A stretch of DNA of 64,000 bases from Chrysomallon squamiferum (GCA_012295275.1 CM022665.1:2046001-2110000); one strand, 5' to 3'. Positions 30,726-44,900 are shown, counted from the first letter of the stretch. Made by a program: numbers and translations. The notes: generated by a model from the sequence alone, not told the origin.

Positions 30726-31532
30726 AAGAAAGAAAAAAAAAGGGACTTGTTTGAGAGCAAGTAATTAGCACTGAACTCTAAATGTGATTTACGTAACATT
30801 TTAAAGTGGAAATAGACAAGCTTTTATCTAATCATCACAAAACAACGTGTGAGAGAAATAGATACATTTCTTTCTGTTTTTCTTCTTCTTCTTCTTCTTC
30901 TCCTTCTTTTTATACCTTATTCATGTTTTCTGTTACGAAAAATAAAATTAATGATCGCAATAATAATAATTTCGTTATTAGTCACTTTCGTGTCTCTCTG
31001 CAATATCTAGATAATAATAACAGAGAGAGAAAATATAACACACTGAAGTTTAAAATGATTACGTTGTTTGGGGGTATTTTTAAAACTATCGATTAATTTG
31101 GTTATTAACACCATATTAACACCAAACCAGTGAAACTCTTGTGTCAGTTCACACACACACTAGACAAGTAATGTATTTTTTTCCGTTATAGTTAACTAAG
31201 GCAGTAAAAGAAACTCATTTTTCATTCAGCAGAGTAATCCAATAAATAATTAAAATTTGTGTCTTATTTTACCTTTTTATGACACAACCAAATTAAAAGA
31301 AATCATGAAAACAAAATAAAACATGCCAAACAAACAAAAAATGGACAACAACAACAACAAAAAAGTGGAAAAAAAAAAGAAGTTTCATTTCGTTCTTTTT
31401 TATTTGTGAATATTGGTAAATATAGATATACTGTTGGAAATACATGTATACAGATGTATAGAGATATATAATAGATATGCATATGTACAAATAAATGCAA
31501 ACATATGTATAAAAATATAAACCGATGGATAA

Positions 31533-31588
31533 ATAGATAGATAGACAAACAGATAGATAGATAGACAGACAGATACATAGATACATAT

Positions 31589-31621
<33 letters not shown>

Positions 31622-31730
31622 CAGATATACAGAGAGACAGATAGATACATAGATAGACACAGACAGACAGACAGAGAGACAGATAAGCAGGTAGATAGGA
31701 AGGAAGGCAGACAGACAGATAGACAGACAT
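31533..31730. repeat. Compound (GATA)n/(GACA)n tetranucleotide repeat
   Basis: Seen directly; produces the YLSI pseudo-ORFs. Confidence 0.95.
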
Positions 31731-32679
31731 ATATTTGTTATGTAAGGGTATGCGGGTACATGAAAAACAACAACACATTTACCTGACCTGATGGAGGACG
31801 CGGTATTAAACAACAGTGTTTTTAATTAGCATTTCAAAGATCACTTTCCTCTTCATTGTTAATACCTCAGTTCATTCGGTGTGTGCTGGGGACTGCTACG
31901 TGTGAAACACGTACAGCGGCGTGTCAAGGGTTAATGTTCCGCTGACCTGGGTGCCCGAGTACGCAGTCCAACGTGTTAAACTTTACTGTTACGTATTTAA
32001 ATCATTCATTTGTCTAGTAAGGAACACGGCTTACAGAGGGAGATAAAACAGCGCTTTACATATCCACCACAGTGTTTTCAATTAACGAATAATTGGTCGT
32101 TTTGTGGAAGTTTTTTAAATAGTTTTTTTTTTAAAAATGTTTTTCAGCATAGCGCTGATGGTAAGATATTCATCAGAAAAGACCTCGGTTCGCGTCCGGT
32201 GACCGAATTAATAATAAAACACATATGTATTAACTGCACATGTTTTTTTTTAAAAATAACTGAAATATATATATTTAAAAAAAAAAAAAAAAAACAGTGT
32301 TTCTCCCGCAGGATCCTGGAAAAAGTGAAAGCTTGACTTTCTTCGAGATGTTTTGGAGGTTTTAAGTTAATCGTCCCTGAAAATAAAATTGAAATCGTTG
32401 AACATTTTATTTAAAATAATTATAATTAATGCAGTTTTGGAATTCCAAAACAAAAATCAGAACAAAATATTTGTAAATTTCAGTTATAAAAATCAATAAA
32501 ATCATAGTTTATTTGCTAACAGTAACAGCAAAATGTTGAATATTTTAAAAAATCAAACATTTACCAATATATTATATTGCAACATATTTTTACAGATTCT
32601 GTGTCCAAAGATTTTTGAATACTGCAGCAGCTGTTACTATACTGATACATATCACTTTATTACTGCTACCACTACCATT

Positions 32680-32992
32680 GTATGTATGTATGTTTGTATG
32701 TGTTTGTGTGTATGTATATATGTTTGTATGCATGCATGGATGTATTGGTTTATTTATGTATATATATATATATATGTTGATGTATATATGTGTGCATATC
32801 TGTGTGTATGTGTATATGTGTTTATATATATTCTGAATATATGTATTTGTATGTATACATGTATATATATGTATATATATGTATGTATGTATATATGTTT
32901 GTGTGTGTATGTATTTATGTGTATATATATTTATGTTTGTATGTGCATGTGCATGTCTGTACATGTATATATGTACGAGAACGTATTTTTAA

Positions 32993-33031
<39 letters not shown>

Positions 33032-33085
33032 TGTATATTTATGTACGCATGTCTGAATATAAATTATATGTGTCTGTGTATGTGC
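32680..33085. repeat. Degenerate (TA)/(TG)/(TATG) repeat
   Basis: Seen directly; explains the 232-aa V/C/M/Y ORF. Confidence 0.95.
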
Positions 33086-34748
33086 GACATCTATTTATTT
33101 TATGTATTTCTGTGGCTATCGGAAAATACCTTTCAGCAGCAAGAATTCGTTATAACATAAAATTTTCCGATATAGAGATATCAAAAAGTAAACAAATGCA
33201 TTTCAGTACGTTTATCTTTGAGGCGATATAAGAAGTAAATGTTGAAGGTGTAAGTCACGTTAGTGAGGCGGTATCTGACGTTTAGTGTCTACAGTCCCTA
33301 TCTGTGATTTGAAATTTTTCTTTCTTTTTTAATAATACGATAGCTAAAATAGGTTTATAACTATCGTTAATAATTTATATTTATTTTTAATGATATTTAT
33401 ATTACAGCTGTCTGAAGCGTAAATTAGATCAACGATAAATAAACATAAACAGACACATACTCAGTGGAGTGAGAAACAAACAAATATATATATATATATA
33501 TATAACAAAAAAACAGTAAAAAAAAAAAAAAAAAAGTTGCAACGCCAAAACCCCAAGCAACAACAGTAATAGTAGTAATGGCAGCAGTAGTACTTTTTGT
33601 ACTATCGCAAGATTTAAAAGTAACTGTAGTAGTAACTGTGTTAACATCAATGCTACCATCAACGATGTAGTAGTTATAATCATAAATAATATAACAGACA
33701 AAGTAATTAAGAAAAAATAAAAACGTAGTGAAAATTAGAATTGTAGAAGTTTGGAAGCAAACTAACAGAATACGTAGCAGTACAATAACAGCTGCTTAGT
33801 GTGATATACTGAATAATAATAATTTTATTAAACATGAAACATATTTAAATTGTATTTCTGATGAATATTTATGCGCTGCTGTCAGTTACACAAATGAAAG
33901 AAATTCAAAGCAATATTCAGTATGCTTAAAGCACTCCGTGAAATAAATAGAGATAACTTGTTTTATTTCTGCGTTATAAAACAAGCAGCATTTACTTATA
34001 TATATAAAAAAAAAAAGACAGTGAAAACAAAGAAATGAAAATACTGACGTTGACTCACATTCATGCATAAAACAATGGCAAGTACACTAATGCTGCCGTA
34101 GTTGTACAGACAATAAAAGTAAAAGAAACTAAACTAAAATTTAAAATAATAAAAAAAAAAAAAATAAAAAAATGAATTTTATCTAATAAATTATGCATAC
34201 ATGTGTCCGATACCACCATAAATTCTTGTTTTAATAATACAGAATGTACACATTTAAGCTAATACATTGGAACCGAAGACTTAAAGGTGCCAGTATCATT
34301 GTATAATTTAACAGACTAAATACACAGTGTAAATTTTAATGTGACCGTTTTATCTGATCATGAGACCTTTTTTTTTTTTTTTTTTTATCTCTCTCTCTCT
34401 CTCTTTTTTCTTCTTCTAATAACAAAATATAAAATAGGTTTATATGAATGTAAAACAAAAAATATGTTAAAATAAAGTCTATAGTCTGATAGATTGTAAC
34501 ATCATCGTCTGATCAACGTTATGCTTGTTAGTAAACCGTCGATTGTGATAAACGTTAATTGATAGAAAACAAATTTCCTAATTAGAACAAAATTTATTCA
34601 TAATTTCCACAGAGCGTGGTTTCACTAGATGAAAAAAAAAAAAAAATGCATTATTGCATAAAATAACAATAAATAAATAAATAAATAAATAGCAGAATTT
34701 CTCATATTGCCATCTTGGTATCCTTGTAATTATATTATTATTATTATA

Positions 34749-34783
<35 letters not shown>

Positions 34784-35201
34784 ATAACGAACTTTTTAAA
34801 TTGTTTATAAAACAAAACAGGAATGAATGATTAAACAACAACAACAACAACAACAACAATAATAACAATAACAATAACAATAACAATTTAATGTGCAGTA
34901 TCTCAGAGACAGGATATTGTAATTAGCACGATGTATGGAACAAGGATGGCTCCTCTGCTGGGTTATAAATCCGCAGATTTCTTCAGTGATGCAAATTTAA
35001 TCGTTCCCTTAAGGTTTAGAAAAAGAATAAAAGAAAAGGTTACTGATAATTAAGACAGTCATAAAATAATTAAAAAAACATTATCTGGAAGGTACGAGCT
35101 CACTGACAAAGAGTTAAATATGACACGTATTAATAGAGACCGTATGCGTCATTAACAGAAGAGACGTCATCACCTCTATGATGTCATATCAGTTTCTTAA
35201 T

Positions 35202-35248
<47 letters not shown>

Positions 35249-36405
35249 TATGTGTTGCTGTTGTTGTTATTGTCGTCGTTGTCGACGTCTTCATTGTCGT
35301 TACTGTCATTTTTATTATATACTAATGTATATTCGTGTGCTTGTGTATATATGTATGTATGTCTGTATATGTATATGTGTGTATATGTATGGGTGTGTAT
35401 TTGTTTGTACACACACTCGCACACACACATGCACACATACACACACACGTGTTATTGACAGCATTTAAATAATTATCTGTAACTGTCAAAATTGACTAAG
35501 ATGTTAACACAAAAACAAATTATATTTACTTTCATGGTCTCTACAGTAGTTCAAAAAATATAATGTAAAAATATATAATAACGATACAAATAAACAAAAT
35601 TATGAGATTTAAAAAAAAACGGAAAAAAAAACAAGAAAAAAAAACCAACTAGTTATAAAACAAATAAAGATGAAGAAATTTTTGTTTTTATTTTTTTTAT
35701 TTTTATTTTTTTAGATAAAAAAATATAATACATTTTTTAAGAATAACATTCGTAAATTTAAATAATAACTGATGACGTTGTAGTTGATGATGACTCCAAT
35801 GATGATAGTAATATACTTAACAGCTGAAAAATGAACTTACTTTCAAAAACCTTTAAAACTGATTCACTCTGTGGTATCTGATTATCAGTCTGATTGAAGC
35901 TTTCAGGATTATTCATAAATATTTCTACGACATGCATGCTTCGTGATTTTTGTAAAAAAATACTTATTAAAATAACCGTTTTAAGACATTAAATAAATAA
36001 ATAAATAAATAAAACACTAAAACATATTACAGTAGATTCATTCCAGACTGAAAGCGGTGCAGAAATGGTCTGTTATTGAAAGTGACGTATTTTCTGCATC
36101 TCTGGTATATTAAAACAGAAAGGTGGACAGTGTCTCTCTCGACACAAATAAACATGACGAGTAATACATGTCACATGTTTCACAACAACAAACCACTGCA
36201 AATGTTTTGTCTTTAAGTCGAGGTGATACTGCGTAGTCGGGTTCAGCTTAGTTTTGTCGTATTTTTCTCAAACTGTTTTCGTCTCTTTTCGTTTCTCTGA
36301 TGTAAGGAAAGTGTTGGTGTCAAGTATCAGTTGTTCGTGTTGTCTTTAAAAGGCAATTTTTTGTCTCAGATGATCTGCGGGTCTCCACAGATTTAGTTAC
36401 TTAAA

Positions 36406-36447
<42 letters not shown>

Positions 36448-36753
36448 AACAACAAACAACATGGGCTATATATTTTGGTAACATGGTGGAAAGTAAAACC
36501 CTCGAAAAATTTCTTTTCATTCTGTAAACAAAAACAAACAAAAACAAAACAAAACAAAGCAGAAACAAAAAAAAAAAACAACAACAAAAAAAAACAACTA
36601 TTATATCTAAATTCATTTATGATTTGGTTTTGTTACTGTAAATTATGAATTAATGGAAACTGTATTTTATTAATGATACGCCAGTTATCAATATTAAATA
36701 TTCAGAAGAAGAAAAAGAATGTAGATACATGTGAAATAATAATAATAATAATA

Positions 36754-36785
<32 letters not shown>

Positions 36786-38579
36786 CAACAACAACAATAA
36801 CAGTAGTAATAAATAAATAGATATATAAATAAATAAATAAATAAATAAATAAATATCTGCGGAAGATCAGACATGATAAGATTCTGGTTATCTCAAAGCG
36901 ACTCCCATCTTCAATTCAAGAAACAGTTAAATAAAACACAAACAACCAAACAAAAACAAATAAACAAAAACAAACAAACAAATATATATATATATATATA
37001 TTTGTTTGTTTGTATATATATATATAATAAAAACCACCAGTATCAAACGTAATATAGTTCAGATAAAAAAAAAAACAATATTAAAAATAAAAAAAGAAAA
37101 AGAAATGTAGAATATAATGCTGAAATATGTGTAAAAAGCGACTGGTGATAATAGACACGCTTAGACAGTGCAATACATCTGTATTAAGACGAACGCACAG
37201 CGGATGTCTTGAATCCATATCACGGTACATTTCAATTTGGCTGTGTCGTAATAATAATTTACACCACTTGTACATTTCCTCACCCTTCTCCATCAGCCAC
37301 GGACTGTTATTCGCACGTGACGTACGAGAGACATGCACGCAAGCGCCGTACAACGTCGAATTACCGACACAGAGCAAAGAAATGTAACGTAGACAAAGAA
37401 GAAAATTTAATTTAAACCGTTTGATTTAAACGCATCGCATCGGAAGATCGAAATAAATGAACTATTTGAAAAACCGATCATGGTCTTTAAAAGTATTTCC
37501 AAAACAGTAATGTTCTATTATTTAATTTATTTCATTTTATTTTATTTTATTTTATTTTATTTTATTTTATTATTATTTTTTTTTTTACTTTTTTTTTTTT
37601 TTTAAAAATTATTTAAAAAAAAAAGAGAAAAAAAAAAAAAAAAAAAGAAATTAGAAGAAAAAGAACGAAAAAATAGAAAAATGTTGTGAAAGTCTAACTG
37701 AAGCAACTAGTAAAGAAAGTAGACACTAGTAACTAACTAGCTAGATAACTAAAGAAATAAATATTTACAGAGAGCTTAGCATTAAAAAAAAAAAAAAAAA
37801 AAAAAAATATTCGGCTATTGTCGACAGAGGTAAATGTAAGAAAATAATAACAATAGTTTTATTATGTTTACTCCAAAATACCTAGGTTCATGTACTGAAG
37901 TGTCTTAAACAGATAATAGTAAATTTGAAATTCAGAAATTGGAAAAACACATTTATTGTTTGTTTGTAATTAGAAAATTGAAGAAAACAATGATGTTTAA
38001 AAAAAAAACCCACCTGATTAAATAATTATACATACAAACTAAATATAATATGATATATTATTCTGTATGTGTATGTTTATGTTTGTGTGTCTAATTAAGA
38101 AAAATGTTGTTTTGGTTTTTGGGGTTTATAAAACAACAAAAAAACATCAAAAAAAAAAAAATGAAGTGACATAAAAGAAAACTATAAACGCGCCGAATAA
38201 AACGTACAGTGAAAAGTTGTGAACGCAATTTTAAAGCCACGATACCATATTAAAAATTGCGTTTCGATCAGTGTTTATTTCAGTCCGAGGTGTTGAATTC
38301 TCTTTTATTATTTTATTTTAAATTTGTTTCAGGAATAACCAATAAAAAGAAAATAAGTTTTATGCAAATGAGGTGTTTGTCAAAGCTGTACGAGATGAAA
38401 AGGTGGTGTCTAAGACTTGTTGTGTGGCCCGTCACAGTCAAACAGTCGTTAAAAAAACAACAAAAAACAACAACCTAAGTAAAAATGCCACTTTTCCGAT
38501 CGGTAATAAAATGATGCACGGGTATGACACACAAAAAAGAAAAAGATTATCATTATATAATGCAGAAAGTGAAATGAAC

Positions 38580-38910
38580 AACTGACCCCTGCTGGGCAGA
38601 CCCGGGGGGGGGGGGGCGCACTCAAGGTCAGTGATGCACGACGTACGGGGACAGTGGGTTCAATTTGTCAGGTGAACTCATTAAGGAGTGACATTTCGTT
38701 TATATTTCCCGTTCGAGATTTATGTGTGTGTCATCTGCAGATCGGGCGCTGTACTTTATGAGAACGCCAGCCACTCCCCCTTTCAGGACCCCAGGTCTTT
38801 GCTTGCTACAGGCAACAACAAGTAGATAGATGCAACAGAACTTTAGGCAACAGATTGACACTAATCTGTTAATTTTTATTGTCACGGTTAGACAGGTAAC
38901 ACGGTGAAAA
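38580..38910. promoter_or_regulatory. GC-rich island with clustered nuclear-receptor half-sites
   Basis: TGACCC (38583), TCAAGGTCA (38622), GGTTCA (38657), TGAACT (38673) around a G13 run. Confidence 0.45.
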
Positions 38911-39260
38911 TGAAAAAGGTAAAAGCCAAAAAAAAAAAAAAAAAAAATATAAAATAAGAGACAGAGAAGCAAATAAATAAACTAAATAAATATTACAGGA
39001 AAGAAAAACGATATATAGTTAGTAGATTAATTTTACCGTTGTAAATTTCAATTAAAATAATAAAATGCTTACCTGTGAAATAGTATAATGTTTGCACGAA
39101 AACAATTATTTGAAAAACCAACATCATTTATAACAATTATATCGATGAAAAAGGCAGGAGAAATAAATTTGTGTTAATTTGTGCAATTACAGAGTGAAAA
39201 AAAAAAAAAAAAAAAAAAAAAAAGTATTTTCTGATTTGATTTAGTGTTTATATTAATTTC

Positions 39261-39294
<34 letters not shown>

Positions 39295-39600
39295 TGGGGG
39301 TTTTAATCTAAAAAAAAATAAATTCCAAACAAGTTATTTATAAGCGGACCGTGAAATGAAATTGGTAAGTAAGTTATATGTTCAAATTATTAAAGTGTAG
39401 GGTATAATGTACTACAATTTGAAACAAAGCAGATTTTTTTAAAGTCATTTGATATAAGAATATCTAAATTTATCAATTAAATAATATATTTGATTGTGTT
39501 CACAGATATGTGTTTCTGTTGTTTCTGTGTGTATGTGTGTGTGTGTATGTGTGTGTAGATATAAATATTTATGTATTTATGTATATATGTTAGCATGTAT

Positions 39601-40148
39601 GTGTGCAAAAATGTCAACTATTAAAACATAAACGGTTAAAATGTAAACAGACAAAATATCAACCATTGACAAGGTACAAATGTGAAATTGTCACACACCA
39701 AGACATACACACAGACACACAGACACTCACACCCACATATACCTATATATCTACATTGCATCCCCCTGCAAAATAAGTTTCCTATTTGCACAGTAATAGA
39801 TTATTAATTATTTTCCTATTTGAGGTTTAAAATTTAAACCTTTAAAACATGTATTTATTATTTCTCTACAAGTGGACAGTTTGTCTGAGGCCATACATTT
39901 TTGGTCGACATTTTGTCCGTTTACATTATATCCGTCGACATTTTGTCAGTTTACATTATATCCGTTGACATTTTGTCCGTTTACATTATATCCGTCGACA
40001 TTCTGTCCGTTTACATTAAATCCGTCGACATTCTGTCCGTTTACATTAAATCCGTCGACATTTTGTCCGTTGACATTCTGTCCGTTTACATTATATCCGT
40101 TGACATTTTGTCCGTTTACCTTATATTCTTTGACATTTTGTCTACACC
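39601..40148. mobile_element. Putative non-autonomous foldback/MITE-like element, copy A (~550 bp), arms built from 15-bp repeats
   Basis: 39607-39664 is an inverted, diverged version of the array at 39901-40148; a second diverged copy lies nearby in opposite orientation. No TSD or transposase seen. Confidence 0.55.
39901..40145. repeat. Minisatellite: 16 x 15-bp units alternating TCCGTYGACATTYTG / TCCGTTTACATTAWA (30-bp higher-order repeat)
   Basis: Read directly; unit order ABABABABABAABABA. Confidence 0.95.
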
Positions 40149-40484
40149 ATTTAGTGAAGTCATTTGACTATAATTACTGCCAGAATATTAATAGACTTAA
40201 AGAGGTTCAGTTACAAATCTAAATATTGACTTTAACTGTCTGAATTAGTTTTGTAAGTTTTCCTCATCTCAAAAACGTAATAATTTGATGTTTTACACTA
40301 CCAATAAAAATAACACAGAATTTTCGTAAAAGTTGGCAAAAACAACATAACTCAAAGTTATTATAATTAAAGTAAAACAGTTAAACGACTAAATCGGTCA
40401 CTGATCGTAATAACAATAACAATAATACATAGAAAGTTATTATCATTATTATGCTTAATCATTCATATTAAAGGATTAGCAAGG

Positions 40485-40525
<41 letters not shown>

Positions 40526-40739
40526 AATAGGTCAGAAAAAAAAATAATAATAAAACATAAATAAATAAATAAAAAATGTTTTTATTTCATTATGAAAATG
40601 TTATTTTATATCCCAAATCGTTCTCTTTCCCCAAAGAAAGAAAATATCATTAATCATTATTAATAATTATTTACGTTTATTTATTCGGAAATGCTCATAC
40701 AAACAAAACACATTAACACAGCAGTCATAGAACAAAAAC

Positions 40740-41060
40740 TGAATCTGCACGATTACTGCGCTTGTCCACTTAATAATAATCCACCCATAAAACAACCGTT
40801 ATTTTGTTTACGTCATCAGTTTGTGATATGACGTTATCAGGTCTTGGCTCCTATGCGCTTCTCCTACACGTGAACATTTCAGAGTTCATCTGTTTACATC
40901 CTGTGTGGGAAAACGGAACACGTGCAAAGTGGACCAGGTGCTTGTCACTGTATTGTTTAGAAATCTATTGTAAACATGGCTTCACGGTGAAATGACATGG
41001 TGTGAAAACAGACACCTCCACAACAAAAATATCGTCACATTTCCCACACTAATGTTCACT
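40740..41060. promoter_or_regulatory. Motif-dense island, candidate enhancer
   Basis: TGTTTAC x2 (40805, 40891), CACGTG x2 (40867, 40919), CSL-type TGTGGGAA (40904) and TTCCCACA (41041), TTACGTCA (40808). Confidence 0.5.
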
Positions 41061-41237
41061 TTATGATTTCACTGTTAGTGTGCTTGCATGCAGGCATGTA
41101 TACATGCATTCATTCATACATAAACACACATACCTATAAACACATACACGGATATACATACACACAGACACACCGACATGCACACACAAACACACACGCA
41201 TACGCATACGCGCGCGCGCACTTTCAAAGAGACACAC

Positions 41238-41804
41238 GTACATAAAATGTCCAAATTGTTTGTAGGATATGTTAACAGACAAAATGTCGACCTTTACTGT
41301 GTGGCCTCGGACAAATATAAATAAAAGTGAATAAATAAATATATATATTTAAAAGTTTTAAAAGTCTAAATTTAAAAAATTATACTTGAAAGGAAAACAA
41401 CACGCGCAAAGTGAAATTTTATTTTGTAGAGGTTTGCTATTCAAATGAGGCAAATGCCCCGTAACGAAATTGATGATTTAAAAAAAAAAAAAAAAAAAAA
41501 TTTATTTCATTTTATACAAAGACTTTTTTTTTTAAATATAAAGTATAAATCTCTATTCCGATAAAAACGATACCCACTGAATGAATTCGTTTGTGTCTAC
41601 GGTTACAATCTGACGTCTGCCGACATCACTGTGATCATGTCCGAGCAGAGTCGGGCGATTAAATGTTTTTAACCTCATTTCAGAAAGACTCTAGTCACGG
41701 CCATATATATATATATGTATATAAAAATATATATATATGAGAAATATGTAAAACACAAACTGACACTGTCGCCATTTCTGTAGTTGACATTCTGTCCTAC
41801 AGCC
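41238..41804. mobile_element. Putative diverged second copy (B) of the foldback-like element, inverted relative to copy A
   Basis: Reverse complement of 41269-41315 matches 39880-39926 at 39/47 nt; weaker similarity of 41316-41437 to 39758-39879; 41781-41804 resembles the other arm. Right boundary uncertain. Confidence 0.45.
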
Positions 41805-42131
41805 AGCTCAGACAGTTTGATTCTGGACATTTGATCCTTTAGGTTTAGATTATTGAAATATTGTCCAACAACTAGTTTAATCGCTGGGACACCATCTGTT
41901 ATATGGGGTGGATGGCCTTTTCGACCAGGGACGTTTTAACCTGTATTAAAAGGGTGGACGTTTCACCCTTACAAATAAAATGTTAAAAAATGCAAATGAA
42001 ATAATATTAATAACAATAAAAAAAAAAAAAAAAAATAAAAATAAAAAAAAAAAAAAAAAAATAAAATAAAATAAAAAAATAAAATAAAATAAAATAAAAT
42101 AAAATGAAATAAAATGAAATGAAATAAAATG

Positions 42132-42172
<41 letters not shown>

Positions 42173-42235
42173 AATAAAATAAATAAAATAAAATATAAAA
42201 TAAATATTTAAATAAATAAATAACTGACATTAAAA

Positions 42236-42269
<34 letters not shown>

Positions 42270-42633
42270 ATTATATTCAACTATTGATGTGACGGTTAAT
42301 CCTGTATACATATTGCAATTAATCTTTTAGTTTTTTTCCGTGAGATTGTAGCCTCCTCGGTGGTTTAATGAATACTGCTGAGTCTTACTGTTTACTTCAG
42401 TAATCATCACTTCACATATAAAATCAAATTTTAATAGCGTTTTGGTTTTAGAAGACTTAACTGTTATAGCAGAAATTAGTATAGGGTATTTCCATTAGAC
42501 AAGCCCATAAATTACAGAAAAATGAAAAACAAAATAACAGATGTTTCATTTTTTTCAGTTGAAGGTATTAATTAGTTTAATAATATCCAGATGATAATGA
42601 TGATGATGATGTTGATGATAAAGTGTATCTCCA

Positions 42634-42668
<35 letters not shown>

Positions 42669-42830
42669 CTACATCTATCTCTAATTTTTTTTTTTTTTTT
42701 TTTTAAAGACCGAAACCTTCTACATTACGTTTTGTCTTTCGTAACATTTAAAACAAAATTAAAGAGAAGACAGAGATATGAAAAGAAGAATTAGAGATTA
42801 TGTGAGAGAACGAACGAGAAGAAAAAACAT

Positions 42831-42832
<2 letters not shown>

Positions 42833-42883
<51 letters not shown>
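42833..42883. repeat. (GA)~25 microsatellite
   Basis: Perfect run. Confidence 0.97.
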
Positions 42884-42885
<2 letters not shown>

Positions 42886-44094
42886 ATTAAACCACACAAT
42901 GTTGTTTTTTATATTTTCAGTGGTTGGAATATGTAAACTGGAGAAACTGAAAATAATAATATGTACGGGAAATATTCTGTATGTATGTATTTCTTATTTC
43001 AGTCTAATTTAAATTATTTTATGCAACACCAGGTATGGTTTTAAAAAAATAATAATAAAAAATAAAAAATCATCCCCCCCCCGCCTATACATTTTTAATT
43101 TAAATGATAATTTATATAAAATATAATTATAACGTTTTTAAACGTAATGCAGCTGGTACATGAAATTAAAATACACACAATAAAAAAAAAAATTTAAAAT
43201 TTAAAATTTAAAAAAATTATATTAAGGTAATAATTATTTCTCTGGTAACGTAAATGCGGTATATAATTAAATAAAACATTTATTTTTATTTTTGATGTAA
43301 TTATGTAATTAGTATTTTGCATATATGAAGTATATACAAATATACAGACTCAGGAAAAACATTTTTTTTTAATCTTTGGCTTGATGTAGTTTTGTTTTTT
43401 TTTTAAAAGAACTTTATAAACTTTTATTTATTTATTTATTTATTTATTTTATTTTATTTTATTTTATTTTATTTTATTTTATTTTATTAAATTAATCTAA
43501 TAAAAATCGAAATTATTTTTATACTGGGAAAATAAAAACCTGTCGGACAATATTTTCAAATTTATATTTTAAATTATTACTATCATGTCCAGCTATTGTT
43601 TTTTTTTTTTTTTTTTTTTTATATTGTATATTTATTTATTTATTTATTTATTGTTTATTTAAAAAAAAAAAAAATTATTATTATTTTTTGTATTATTACG
43701 TTATTGATTATCTGTCATAGTTCTAGAAAACGGAAAATATTTTATATTTTAAATTGTTATTTTATTGTTGTGTGTTTATAAACGATAATAAATACATGTT
43801 TCTCCGCTTAGCACTAATGTTTAAATGTTCAGCAATAGCAATTAAAAAACCCACGGCCACAACAGCAGCAGCAACAACAACAACAACAACCATAACATAA
43901 CAGTAATAATAATAATAATAATAATAATATATTGATTTATCATAATGTTACCAGTTAAATATCCGAAATCTTTATAAAATTATTACTCAGGGGAAAAAAA
44001 AAATACAAACTGAAATAAGAACAGGAAAAAGAAGAAAAAAAAAACAACATTTTTTTAATATACTAAAGATAATTATGGTAACAATGAAATGTAC

Positions 44095-44900
44095 GAGGTT
44101 CGACACGTGTTATTCGTGCGTGAAATGAACAACTAATTATTCGTCGTCTTCGACGTTAACTTTTTGTTAATTTCACGTGGGTCAGCAGAGCTGTCACTTG
44201 TATCATTTTCAACTAGGTAGACCCTAAAACCGTTCTGTGTGCGCGGCGATCTCTCGGGAGTGTCTAAATCACCTATCTGACCGCCGCTAATGGCTGACCA
44301 CATTAGCGAATGGACTGTCTGAAATACATTTTTCCATTCCACAGTGGAACTGTCTGGCGTCTTGGGAAACGCTCCGATGACCGCTAAAGATTAGTGTTCA
44401 AAGTGACAAGTTCTGAAAGGAGGTGAAATGAGCACATCAAAATTTATTTCGGAGACACGTTCGGAGTGAAAACCCTTCTTAATAAAACCGGCGAAGCGTA
44501 AAAAAAAACACCGCGCACATTTACGCGCCGAAATGTGATTGCGCATTTCATTTTTGTGCTTTTTTTTTTTTTTTTTTTTTAGTCTTGCAGGCTCTGAAAA
44601 TGCTGCAGTGAAGAAGAGTCGTAAATTTGGAAAAAAAAAAAAAAAAAAAAAATCGCTTTCTTGTTAGAGATCCGGGCTGAGAAGACAGGGAGAACAAAAA
44701 GCCGGGGTATGATATGTAACTTAAGTAAATCACGGTGAGAAGGCTCGTGAAGTAAATCACCGAGTTCGGCGAAGGAACTAATTACCAATGTGCATACTTT
44801 GTACAACACGACCATATATTAGTTATACTTTATTAAAGTTCTGACCGCTCTTCACCCTTGTAAAGCAAACACACGAGAGTTTTCCAAGTATGTGTGCTCG
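44095..44900. promoter_or_regulatory. CpG-rich island, candidate enhancer
   Basis: Many CpGs, CACGTG, CTGTCA, duplicated AAGTAAATCAC (44723, 44750). Confidence 0.45.

Noticed and set aside
32533-33231. Longest ORF in the track (232 aa)
   Set aside because: Translation of a degenerate TA/TG repeat (V/C/M/Y/I only); not coding.
39872-40222. ORFs with FCPFTLYPST / VDILSVYIIS repeats; array superficially CRISPR-like
   Set aside because: Contiguous tandem units with no unique spacers, no cas genes, eukaryotic context; the ORFs are by-products of a 15/30-bp period.
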